NCBI RefSeq assembly: GCF_000315625.1
Contig: NW_005434664.1
Coordinates: 1 to 64,000 of the forward strand
Direction of reading: 5' to 3'
Source: Guillardia theta CCMP2712
Taxonomy: Eukaryota > Protista > Cryptophyta
Length of the DNA: 64,000 nucleotides
Shown one piece after another: positions 36,685-48,400 of the stretch; positions within the stretch are counted from its first letter, which is position 1, and every line of letters begins with the position of its first letter. Under the pieces are notes generated by a model, which worked only from the letters and a program-made list of their open reading frames with translations, was not told the origin of the DNA and made no database searches. Both the position numbers and the translations under genes were made by a program.

Positions 36685-39600
36685 ATGATGTCTAGAAGAC
36701 ACTTTGTCCCTCATATGCTTCTTTTGTTGCTTTCTGACGTCGCGGATACATCACGACACGATCTTGATTATGCAAAACCGTATGGGGATGGATTGACAAT
36801 TGCAACTGCTGGTGTCAGGGGACGATATTTGTTGGTATCAAGTGATCTCTCTGCGAACCGATTAAAGGAATTCTCTTCAGCGTTGATTCACGTAACTTGG
36901 TCTTCAAATGAGAAATTCAGATCTCCAATTGTTCGTTATGACTCTGTTTCTATGCCTCAAAGTTGTCCTGATTCTCGTGGATATTGCATTACTGAGATCC
37001 GAATCGTCAAACCAGGAGGAGGATGTTTGACTGGAGGCAAGATTTATGCAGAAGGTGGTGGTGGATCTCAATTTTCGGCAGACTTTTCAATCAATTCTAG
37101 GGGTTCAATCTCAGACGTGCACATCATTGACCCTGGACATTCGTATACATCAAGCCCTACGATCTGGATTGCGCAAGGAGGAGATGGCTGTGGTGGTTTT
37201 GAATTCCTTCCAGTGATAAGCCGCGGGGATGAGCATTACGTAGATTATCTGATCACGTTGAGTGGAAAGTTTTTGATTTTACACAAGAAGTTGATTCAAG
37301 GCGGATTGGGATTGAATCTCGGAAATTTTGAAAATGGAAATTGGATATTCAGTAAAGTTGATAGAAACAATTGGTTTTCCAGACGAGAGTTCACATATGA
37401 TTTCAGCAACATTTCAGGAGAGTGGGCTGGCAAGCTACAGTCGTTACAGGGTGGCAATGTGATGTTCACAGTAAGGACAAGCTCTAGCATCAGGCTTTGG
37501 ATCAATGGCGAGGTTGTCATTGACACCATCTACAAAGACCACTCAACAATTTCAAAGGCATGTACAACGATTGATAGCGCCTTTTACTTTCAAGTAATTT
37601 CAGATTTGGATAGAGGCGTTCGTTCATTCACATCAATGAGTTGCCCTATGAAATCATTACAAAGTGCAGCCTCATCTTCTGCAAAAATACATGAATTTCA
37701 ATTTCAAACCTTGTTGTTGCCAGCCATGTCTGTACATAAAGTTGACATCCTGGAACCTGGTGTGATTGGGATAGCAAGAGACGGAGTCGTGATATATCAT
37801 TTGGGCATGAACTCTGGGGCAGTACCCTCGATCGATTCATGTGGAGGCGTTCTGTTTGCGAGTGGACTATATGCCTATGTGAAGTATCCGTCTTGTCTCC
37901 TTCCAAATCCGGAAGTCGCACACTCACCTCTGGTTGGATTCATGTTAGATGGAATTCCAATCTACGGTCCACTCGATGTCGGAGGTGCAAAGGCGGAGGA
38001 CATTCATGGTCGCTATCAACTCGACGAATGTGGAGGCCATGTGGACTCTCAAAACAACTTCTATCACTATCACTACAGGTCGAAGTATCCTTTCTCCATC
38101 TCGTGCTTCAGGGCCTGTCTATTCCAGCCAAATCTGATTTACCGGAATCCGTACGTTGCTAAAATTAGCCAAGATTGCAAGGATTCCGATTTGAAGTACA
38201 GTTACCATCCTCTTGACAATCTTGCTATTTCTGTCATTAACAATTTTGACCCTCAAGCTCATCTAAAATTGTCCGTGTTTCATGGCGGCAGGAACATGAC
38301 TTACGGCAAGTTTTATGATTTTAAGTTACAATTTGAAGATGTTGGAATCGGAAGTTTCTTTGACCTCAAATGGGCTAACGAGTACCAATCGCCTACACAC
38401 ATTCCCGATGCTTTATTCTTTTTCTCTCAAGACATTATGAGCAATGACATTTCAATGTTGATTTTGCCGGGCTTGGCTTCAACAGCAACATCGACGACCT
38501 CGGCGCAGAATGGCAGCTCGTATAGGGTTGGTATCTGGAATGCCGAAGTGGTTACGAGGGATAGATACGGAAATAGATGCTCTTCGACGAACTTGACAGT
38601 AGTTTCGTGGATTGAGTTAAACGCCTCTATCGTGAATTGCACCGTAATTTACCAGGGCAGTGGCAATTATCGCGTTTCGGCCCTCGTCACACGATCAGGG
38701 TCCTGGAACTTCAACGTACTTGTCAATGAACGACTGCTTGACGATTCACCCAAGGTTTTGATCTTCGAACCAGGCTCCGTCGACGCAAAAATTTCGGCTG
38801 TCATTGGAAACTGTAATGGAGGCCTTGAATTCATTATGACTAGAGGCCAAGTTGCAAACTTTCTGATTCAACCGAAAGATTCCTTTGGTAATAATGTCAC
38901 AACTACCTCTGGTGTTGGGTTCTCTGCATGGTTGCGGAAAGATCTTACCGTACACAATTACTGTCCTATCTATCAACTCCTCCCTTCACTCTACTCAGCA
39001 TCCTGTCTTGCTTACACCCCGGGACTCATTTCGCTGGAAGTTGTCTTCCAACTCCATTTTGTAGGCTCAACTCCTTTGCAAGTCTACGTCGAAGCTGGAT
39101 CAACATGTGCAGGGACTAGCAGAGTGTATGGGCCACTTCTTACTCTTTCAACAGTTGGCATTGAAACATTCTTTTTCATAGAAACCCGTGACGCCCTGTA
39201 TTTCAACAAGAATGCAGGTGGCGACCAGTTTTTTGTTTCCTTCAATTCTACTGCTGCAAACGCCACTGGATCTGTCCTAGACGCATCTATGGATCGTTTG
39301 AATTTCACTTGCAACAGACCATCAAGCATGAACAATCCTTCTATTGAGTTAGGAATACTGCAGGCCACGCTTGAGGTATTCGATAAGCAGATGCTTTACC
39401 TCCGGACTGGAAAATCGTTTGCATCCTTTGGAGATTTTATTCTGATTGACTCTGAGATCATGTCAGTTGTCTCGAGTTCCAGCAATTCTCTTGTCGTTCA
39501 ACGAGGACAGTTCGGAGGTGCTGTTGGCATACATCTTCCTGGCTCCCTTATCTATCTCTTCCTTCCTAATTGTGAAGCGGGAAAGTACGTCACCTACGTG

Positions 39601-42402
39601 CAGCTCACCGTGTCCGGCACTTATGTTGTGACTGTGAGCTTGGGAGGGTTTTATCCACTCCACGGCTCGCCCTTCGTTTTAAGGGTGAGGCCAGCTGCTT
39701 TCTCGTTGAGCAACAACAAGGTTGTGGGGGAGGGCCTGACCTTGGCTACTGCTGGTTTCAAATCTCATTTCCAAGTTTTAGCAAGAGACTTGTATGGAAA
39801 TGTTATTGAGGCTTTTGATGATCAAATCGTGAACTATCAGATCTTTGATACATATCTGCAAGTCGTGTTCAACGGATCATACAGTCTCATGTTCTCAGAA
39901 GGGATGCAGCTACCTGTCTTCCTGGTCCAATACTATCTTGAAAAAGGTTCCTGCTCTTGCTTCAGCCACTCTCTGAAGATCAATGGCACAGATATCATTC
40001 CAGACCTGCAGGCATTGTGCTTGACTGTGGTTCCGCAGAGAGCGTCACTTTCAAACTCATTCTTCCCTCAGTTGACCAACAGAAACTTGAGCGTTGGAAC
40101 CCCTGCACTACAAGTCATTGATGCCTTCAATTCTGCTGGACAAGTGCAATGTTTAAATCGCATTGCTTCCGTTGAAATCCTTTATGATCAGGTCCAAGGT
40201 GCTTTGGTAGACGCATCTCAAGTGAAAGTGGATGTGACCTGTATCTTGCCTTGTACTGGAAGCGGCTTCAGCGCCACCTTTGATGTGCAGCAGGGCGAGG
40301 TCGGGAACGTTCGAGTACTTGATTGTGGATGTGGCTACGATCCAAAATTTCCTCCCCAGATAGGGAACGCGACATTTGCTCCAGGCGTTATTTTCAGGCC
40401 TGTGTTCCAAAGTCAGTCATTCGAAAGATGGAGCATCACTTATTCTGCCTTGTTGGTGTCTGGTTTGCGTGCAACCTTCTATGAGAGTGAGGAATTCACC
40501 GTGCCTGCGTTTTCCGGGCCCTGGTCAAATAAAGGAGTGCAGGATGTTCTTTGCCTTACATCAGGCTCCATCAGGACAAAGGAGTCACTAGGAAATCATC
40601 TGAATCCTTCCGTATTTGGTGACTTCAAAGGTTTTTTGATACTGCCCAATCAAGGTTACACCTCCATCTCTTTTGCTGCAACTGGATCTGGACAACGAGT
40701 AAAGCTGTGGATAGATGAAAGCATCGTGATAGATACATGGACGAGTCTTGGTGCATGGATAATGACATATTCCTTCACGCCATCCCAAGCATCCTCTGCG
40801 CATGAAATTCATATCCGTTACAAAGGAACCCCGCTTGATTGCTTGAGCTTGAAATGGAATGTCACAACAATAGAAGAATTGATTCCGCTTCAAGCTTTTG
40901 CTTCTCAATTGCATGTGACTCACCCAGTTCTTTCAGACATGAGAAATGGTTCGTACCAAATCGAATTTTCAAGCACAAAGTCTGGAATATATTCGAACGC
41001 TCTGGCTTTGACTTACAGAGGTGGTCTTTCGGCTACGTACATTCCAAACAAGTTGTGGCAGCTGACAGGGAATGAGCTGCGACGAGTCGATCCTGAGGTG
41101 AACTTTGTATGGGGATCGAAAGCACCGATGGCAAATTTCCCTTCAGATGACTTCAGCGTGATTTGGGAAGGATTTCTTCAACCCAAGGTAGATGACATCT
41201 ACCAATTGCACTTTATTGCAGATGACTCAATCGTTGTCTACTTCGACGGACAAAAAGTCTTGAACACTTCACAGGAAGAAATGAGAGTCGAATACGTATA
41301 TTTTGTGACATATCCCCTATTAGCGCAGAACTTGTATCAAATCAAAATTCTCTACAAAGAAGAGCAAGTGCATGCCAATGCTAGAATGCTTTGGAGCACA
41401 AATTCGATGGCGAAGGAGCTTATTTCATCTTCTTATCTGTTTTACTCTACCGAGCCATCCAGATATTTTGATTCATATATCCTGGCTTCAAATTTGAACA
41501 TAGATTTTACGGCCTCGAAAGCTGTCGGTCAAGTGCCCTCCAAAGTGACAGCAGGAGATTCTGCAACTTTCACAGCGTTCTATAAAGATCAATTCTTCAA
41601 CCCAACTTTCGGTGCGAATCCCGATGGGTTTTTCTTCGTAGCAAGAGCTCTTCCTGTGGCTGGTGGTATCCAGAGCTTTCAGATCGATATTGTGAACGGT
41701 GGATTGAATTACATTCCTGGATCTCTTCGAATTGAAGTCTGCAGTCAATTATTTTACTCCAACTTCAATGTCAGCAGCGTTGGATCTATCAACAGCATCG
41801 ACAACACTTTTTTCGATTGCGGAGAAGTTTCTCATGAACATGGGCTCCATGTAACTCCTCTATACTCTACTACAAACACGCTTCAAGGAGGTTCCGTTAC
41901 ATCAGTATCTATTTCTGGAACTGCCTCTCTACCATACAAACATGAGGGAAATCTTATTTGGAACTGTTCAGGCATAACCGATTGTGAGGGGTTTGGGCTG
42001 GCTGGAATTTGTTATGCCGCTTCCGGCAATGTCACCAGTGTCGTGCTTATTGATCACGGTAGCAACTTCTCATCAATAGCAAAGCCGTCTGTTTACTGTG
42101 AGGATGGATCAGGGCAAGAGTTCCAAGTCAACATCGCCGAGGGAGCATTGTTTCTTCCGATGTACGAAGCACCAATGCAGAAAGCAATCTGCAACTCTTC
42201 CGATCCCTGTGCAGACATGAATGTTGCTTCGCTCTCCCTCAGCGTATCACTCACTCGAGCTGGAACGATGGAGTTTTCGGTAGCCACAGCGTTTTCTGGA
42301 GGATTGCAGGCGACATATTATCTGTGTTCTTACTCAGAAGAGTTAGCATTGGATTGTGGAACTCCAGCTAAGACTGTAATTGACGCAGAATCGATTTTCT
42401 AG
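36685..42402 (+). CDS. Giant secreted/surface protein, part 1: signal peptide, filamin/Ig-like repeats, PA14 domains, YHYH domain
   Basis: ~1905 aa uninterrupted ORF. GLTLATAG..F.V.ARD.YGN filamin motifs, GLxATY..DFSVIWEGFL PA14, and HSPLVGFMLDGIPIYGP..LDECGGH..YHYH. Confidence 0.9.
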   Translation: MMSRRHFVPHMLLLLLSDVADTSRHDLDYAKPYGDGLTIATAGVRGRYLLVSSDLSANRLKEFSSALIHVTWSSNEKFRSPIVRYDSVSMPQSCPDSRGYCITEIRIVKPGGGCLTGGKIYAEGGGGSQFSADFSINSRGSISDVHIIDPGHSYTSSPTIWIAQGGDGCGGFEFLPVISRGDEHYVDYLITLSGKFLILHKKLIQGGLGLNLGNFENGNWIFSKVDRNNWFSRREFTYDFSNISGEWAGKLQSLQGGNVMFTVRTSSSIRLWINGEVVIDTIYKDHSTISKACTTIDSAFYFQVISDLDRGVRSFTSMSCPMKSLQSAASSSAKIHEFQFQTLLLPAMSVHKVDILEPGVIGIARDGVVIYHLGMNSGAVPSIDSCGGVLFASGLYAYVKYPSCLLPNPEVAHSPLVGFMLDGIPIYGPLDVGGAKAEDIHGRYQLDECGGHVDSQNNFYHYHYRSKYPFSISCFRACLFQPNLIYRNPYVAKISQDCKDSDLKYSYHPLDNLAISVINNFDPQAHLKLSVFHGGRNMTYGKFYDFKLQFEDVGIGSFFDLKWANEYQSPTHIPDALFFFSQDIMSNDISMLILPGLASTATSTTSAQNGSSYRVGIWNAEVVTRDRYGNRCSSTNLTVVSWIELNASIVNCTVIYQGSGNYRVSALVTRSGSWNFNVLVNERLLDDSPKVLIFEPGSVDAKISAVIGNCNGGLEFIMTRGQVANFLIQPKDSFGNNVTTTSGVGFSAWLRKDLTVHNYCPIYQLLPSLYSASCLAYTPGLISLEVVFQLHFVGSTPLQVYVEAGSTCAGTSRVYGPLLTLSTVGIETFFFIETRDALYFNKNAGGDQFFVSFNSTAANATGSVLDASMDRLNFTCNRPSSMNNPSIELGILQATLEVFDKQMLYLRTGKSFASFGDFILIDSEIMSVVSSSSNSLVVQRGQFGGAVGIHLPGSLIYLFLPNCEAGKYVTYVQLTVSGTYVVTVSLGGFYPLHGSPFVLRVRPAAFSLSNNKVVGEGLTLATAGFKSHFQVLARDLYGNVIEAFDDQIVNYQIFDTYLQVVFNGSYSLMFSEGMQLPVFLVQYYLEKGSCSCFSHSLKINGTDIIPDLQALCLTVVPQRASLSNSFFPQLTNRNLSVGTPALQVIDAFNSAGQVQCLNRIASVEILYDQVQGALVDASQVKVDVTCILPCTGSGFSATFDVQQGEVGNVRVLDCGCGYDPKFPPQIGNATFAPGVIFRPVFQSQSFERWSITYSALLVSGLRATFYESEEFTVPAFSGPWSNKGVQDVLCLTSGSIRTKESLGNHLNPSVFGDFKGFLILPNQGYTSISFAATGSGQRVKLWIDESIVIDTWTSLGAWIMTYSFTPSQASSAHEIHIRYKGTPLDCLSLKWNVTTIEELIPLQAFASQLHVTHPVLSDMRNGSYQIEFSSTKSGIYSNALALTYRGGLSATYIPNKLWQLTGNELRRVDPEVNFVWGSKAPMANFPSDDFSVIWEGFLQPKVDDIYQLHFIADDSIVVYFDGQKVLNTSQEEMRVEYVYFVTYPLLAQNLYQIKILYKEEQVHANARMLWSTNSMAKELISSSYLFYSTEPSRYFDSYILASNLNIDFTASKAVGQVPSKVTAGDSATFTAFYKDQFFNPTFGANPDGFFFVARALPVAGGIQSFQIDIVNGGLNYIPGSLRIEVCSQLFYSNFNVSSVGSINSIDNTFFDCGEVSHEHGLHVTPLYSTTNTLQGGSVTSVSISGTASLPYKHEGNLIWNCSGITDCEGFGLAGICYAASGNVTSVVLIDHGSNFSSIAKPSVYCEDGSGQEFQVNIAEGALFLPMYEAPMQKAICNSSDPCADMNVASLSLSVSLTRAGTMEFSVATAFSGGLQATYYLCSYSEELALDCGTPAKTVIDAESIF

Positions 42403-45400
42403 TCTTGGATCTGCGGGAGACATAACATGGCCGACTGAATCCAATCTTCCGTATGAAAATTACGCTTTGAGAGATGCAAATCCGTTTCGAGCCCGTTGGT
42501 TTGGATGGTTATACACGCCTTTCCTGCAGGAGAGGTTTGAAATACATTGCTCCATAGCAGAAACTGATGAGCGACTGCGTTTGTGGCTCGACAACATCAT
42601 GCTCATTGATCAGTGGAATAGTCTGGATGATCTCAACCTCTCAGCCTCTTTCCGAACGACAGATGCACGTCCGATATCACTCCAGCTCGAATACCAGGAA
42701 TTGGAGGGCTCTAGGAAACTGCAGGTGTCCCTGAAGCATGAGGATAATATCATGGCTTTGGGAGGAATTTATGCTTACTATGAGAATTATTTCAAAGGAG
42801 CAGAGCCCACTTCAATTGTCGTTGAAAGTTCGTCTACTTGTGCGTCGAGTTCAATCGTAATAGGCAATTTTCTACGGGCAAAGTTCGACAAAGTTGTTGA
42901 AATTTCTATTCTAGCAAAGGACAGCTTTAACAACATTGTGACCTCTCCCTCTGAGAATTTTGGTGCACTTTTGGTCAATGAAGACAATACTACAATCAGC
43001 AAATTCTTAATTTCAGAAATCGTGAATAGCACTTTCTACACAAAAATTTATGGAATCAACGAATCAATGTCAAGAGTCATGGTCATGTACTTTTCTCGAG
43101 GTTATATTCAAATCGATGTGGGCAATTTTAGTGAAATTTTTCATATTTCATCATCAATGTGCAGTCCTGTTCCATCTGGCTTAAAGAATTATGGCAGCTT
43201 AAGATGGAGCTTCTACATAATTCCCACAATCACTGGTCAGTACACGTTCACGTCAACAAGACTTTCATATGAAGATGAAATTTCGATATGGTTGGACGAT
43301 CATCCTTTGATCCTGAACAGGCTGACATCTTGTCTAGAGAGAGAAGTTGATATTTATCTATGTGCTGGCTGCTTGTATAGTGTTGTCTTGCTACAATCCA
43401 GCTATTCAGCTTACCACGACATTCCTTTGCGCTGGCGGTTTGAGACATCAAATGAATTCGTGTGTATTCCTCCTAGCGTTATTTACTCGTCTTTTGCTGT
43501 CAGCCAAGGGGCATACGAACTTCCGGCGGGGTCTCAATTGACTTCAAATACCTACAGCTGCGAGGGTGACTTCTTGACACTGACAACTGCTGGAGTACAA
43601 GCTTCGTTCACCTTGTTGGCGAACAGAGAGGGATTTGCAAGTGGGTCTGGGGATTCCAGTTGGTACCTTGTAGCATGGAAGGAAAGAAATCCGCCGCTGC
43701 TTATGTTTTATCCAGCTGTACAGCAAGCAAACTCCAGCTACTCCATACAGTACATGCTCACTTTGTCTGGATGGTATTTTACGTCCATCAAGCGCTACAT
43801 TCCTGGTGGTTTGATGTTCACTTCGACGATACCAAGCACTTTGACGAGCACACGATCTATCACATTGTTAGGATTTGAAAACGTTCTACAGAATGGTTCG
43901 AGCTGCTCATGGGAGGGTTTCTTGAGGCCAACATACTCTGAATTGTATTCTTTTATTGTTGATTGTGACAACTGTGCGCCAAGTCTCATAATTGACAATC
44001 AAGAGCTGTTCTCAGATGCTCAGTATTCGGTACATCGAATACAATCAGGCAAAGTTTTCTTGAATGATTCGCAAGCAACTTACATTCGTTTTCAAATAAG
44101 GTACACGCTTTCTGAAACACAATTACATCTTTATTGGATGAGTCGATCCCAAATGCTTCAGGAAATACCTTCAAGCAGATTTATGTATCCGGTTGAAACA
44201 GCATGCGAACAAGCCAGCATCCTTAATGTTCTTCCAACAAGCAATTTATGCAAGGATCTGGCAATTGTTACCGGATCAAGTCTGACATTGGCAACAGCAG
44301 GACAAACTATGACTTTCTCTCTGTTTCTTAGAGATACTTACGGCAACACGATTCAGAATCCAAGTGAGGGTGGCTCAATACTTAAGACGTATCTGGAATC
44401 TCACGAAATGAATGTTGATCTGTATTCAAGACCATTGATGCAAATACCAGTAGTCAACATTAATTTGGACTCATTTCAGAAGTCTATTGGTCTAGACACA
44501 GATAAATTTTTGAAATCGACAGGAATTATGCTGGAGGAAGATTTATCACCTGATGTCTCGTTTGCAAAGGTTGTGATGAATGCATCCAATTTCAGTCTTT
44601 TGCGCAAAAATATCTATATTGGTGGTGAGATCCTTTACGTAAAAAGCTTTTCGAATTTGAATGTGATTCAGCTTGTACGTGGAATTTTAGGTACGTATCC
44701 AGATTCCCATCCAAAAAATTCTCGAATTTACTCCTATATCGGCAAACCTGAGTCAAATTTTGCAATCAGCGTCCAACCATGCAAATTCACGCTTGCAAAT
44801 GTTTTTCAAAGCAACCCATTTCCAAGTCAATTGAATACTTTGACTGTAATACTAAGGTGCAATTGCAAACTGAATATTGCTGATGAAATCATCCTACAGG
44901 GAATGACTGGGAGCTCAACTAATGACGAATACATCGAAGTATTTCAAGAATACCTGGTCTTCAACCAAAGCGCTAATTGGAACTCTACCTCAGGGACCCT
45001 CTCATTATCACTCACGGAAGAAATGCTTCCAGACGAACATTATCAATTTTCTTTCTCCTTGAGGAATTCAATGAAGGGACAGCAGGCTCAAACAATAAAC
45101 GTGAAGACCAGCAACAGATTTTTTTCAGGCTACCTGGAACTGGCTTTCGAGGAGTATGGATACGCGAGGTCGGTCATCGGCGAGTTACAAAATGACTTCT
45201 CTTCAAACTCTCAAGTACTTGTGTTTCAGCCAACATCCTCAGTCAAAATTGGCGACCAGCTGCAAATCGACAGCGAGCGATTTCAAATAGTAAACGAAAC
45301 AGTCGGGTTTTTCGTGGTCGAGAGTCTGATGGAATTTCCACACATGAGGCCACATGCAAAGGGATCCCTGGTATATCAGATCCTGCAAGGAAGCAAGGAA

Positions 45401-48400
45401 GGCGACTCGGCTCCAATGAAGATCTATCCACCAACATTTCTGCTGAGCATAATTTCCCAATCAACCAAAACTCCATGCTGGACACCTTGTACAAGTGAAA
45501 ATCTCATCACTGTAAATCTAAAGTTGAGCATAAATCTTACAAATAGGTCGCAGTTGGTTTTTTCTGGTATTCTCAATTCACAAACAATTGATGCATATAT
45601 GACAGTACGACTCAATGAGTACGGAAGAAACATTTCAGCGAACGAGACAATTTTACATGTTCTATCACCTGTAAATGTCACATTGCAACAAGGACAGTTT
45701 TTAAGGATCGAACAAGAACTTCTTGTTATCAGATCAATCAATAAGGAAACTTTGTCGCAAAACTTTTCTGTCATCACCATTCTTGACTCATGGTTAAATC
45801 TCTTTCTACCAAATACGTACGCAAAGCTACACAATGGTATCATAGTTTTGGGCAATGATAACTTTGGAATAGGAGAATCTTTTCTTGTCCAACATATTGA
45901 ATGGGGTGACAGTTTACCAGGGCACTTGGATACCATCCAGTATCTGGATGCAACGTTGTTGGTCAACGGTATAGATACTGCACAAACTGAAATTTCTGTT
46001 ACTAAATTGGATATGAGAAGATTGCAAGTCAACTGTTTTCTTGCATTGAATGATGAGATTGTGAAAGTCGTATCAATCTTGTATGGAACGAATACAATCG
46101 AAGTCGCTCGAGCTCAAGCAGGAACTTCTGCTCAGACGCACACTTCAGATTCGATCGTTTCTGTCGAGCGATATTTCATCCTCATGCAAGATCTCAACGA
46201 AACCTCCACCACTTTGACTTTGAATTATGACTTTGTTCAATCCGTGCGGGCTGGGGAGGTTTTGCAGGTGCTCGATGAATCGATCTTGGTTCAAAACGTT
46301 GCAGTGATTGAGGATGAAACATCCATGAAATACTCAATAAGTTGCTTACGTGCGTATGGCACATCTACCTCATCATCTTACCAATCAAGCACGCCAGTTG
46401 TGAAAGTCGAAAGATCTTCGTTGTCCATGAGTTTGAACGAAAATCAAACAAAACTCCATATCCTCTCTAATTTGAGTGTTGCAACATCTGTCAGATCATT
46501 TCTGAAAATTGGGAATGAAGTTGTCAAGGTGCTTGGAGTGAATGGTACAGAGATAGTGATACAGCGTGCCCAAGGCAACACCAGAGCTACATATCACGTT
46601 CAAGGCGAAAATATTCACGTCTTGCCTTGTTCGGCCTTAGATCTAGCAAATGCTAGTGTTTTGGAATATGACACCTCGCGATTCCAAGTTGTTCCCGGTG
46701 TCATCGACATACGGCAAGGCTCAATCATTCAGATAGGAGCCGAAACGATTCGCGTGCTTGATGTGAGTAATTACACGGTCACAGTATCTAGGGGAGAGCT
46801 TGGGACCTCTGCAACACGACATACCAATGGAGACTTAGTTTGCCTCATTCCGCATACTTACCTTGACTTGAGGTTTTCCGGAAACCTTAGTTCAGCATCC
46901 ACAGTCATTCCAGTGATTTCTGTCCTTGCAGCAGATATTTTTGAAGGAAGCTTTATAATGATCGAAAGCGAGATTCTGTTTGTCTCAAAAATAACGGATG
47001 ACAATCACCTTGAAGTCGTTCGAGGTCAGAACGGAACTCTGGCATCAGAGCATGATTACAGATCGTCTATTGCTATCATTACATCTTCCAAAATCATCAC
47101 GCGAGATGTGCTTTCTGTTGAGCGAGGACAGGGTTCAACTGTAGCTTCCTCTCATCCAGACCTGGCCAAGGCGTCTTTAGTGGTTCCGATTTTCGATCTT
47201 GCAAATGTTGAATCCGGGTTTGGACAGTGGAGACAAAAAGAAGGAGAACTGATTTTTCACACCAAGGCAGACAATTTGGTTGCTGCTGGGACTGAATTTT
47301 CATTTCAATTCAATCTCAAAAACCCGAAGGCTGCAAACCCTGGGAATGTTGTATTTGTTTCAATGATTGAAGATCAAAAGAATGTAATCTATCCCACCCC
47401 CATGAATTCTGGACTCAATTTTTTCGTTATTGATAACCCGACCTTCGATGTTGCACAGTATTCTTACGGATTCCAATCATCCAGAACTTATATCCATTTA
47501 ACTTTGCGCTCAAATGTGGACCTTGAGGGTCCAGCAATTGTGCGAATCTATTTCGCTGACAGTCAGATGTTTGATGGGATTCTGTTGGTACTGCTGTCAG
47601 ATGGTTCCTCACCATTTGGTGGGGAAGCTAGTTGGGATTCTGTGTTGTTTGCATTAAAACTTCACATAAATGATACACAAAAATTGATTGCTGGAGTGGT
47701 ATACAACACGTCTCTGCTGATCAATCGCAAGGATGAGACACTTACTCAGCCAACCATCGAGGCTTATTCTGAAAGATCTGGTCTGAGAATTTTACGACAA
47801 AACCTGCAGAAGACAGGATATGACTACCCATGTCAGATGTATGTTCAATCTGATCAGAATCTCACCAACACCAGCGATATTTTGCCTTACGCGATGATAT
47901 ATCAAAACTCTTCATTTCCTGGTGAAATGAATAAGATAACTGTGATGCTTTGTTCATCCATCACTTTAGAAGGGACAATCATCTTTATTGAAGGGCTGCG
48001 TGGAAGTACGACCATTGATTCGATACTTTACTTGCAATACGAGCCTGAAGACGGAATATCCCGTTGTCCATTCAATGCTAATGCAACCTGGAGTAATGCA
48101 GCTGGGCGATGTGTCATGCAATTAGAATCAAATGTGTCCTTGATTGCAGGTACATTATGCAAGATTTCATTCGTCATAAGGAATAACATAAGCAGTCAGA
48201 TAGCTCAAAAACCATACATTGGCGTGGCTGCATTGAGTGGTAAATATGAAATGCGAACTGCAACACAGCTGTCCACTAGTATGTTCGGCAGCTTTTACAA
48301 CCTGCCTATGCTGATTCAAAGAGCCAGCTTTTTGTACCTTGCTTTGCAGCAGGACAGCACATTTCCAAATTCGAAGAACAATGTAATATTTTCTTTGATG

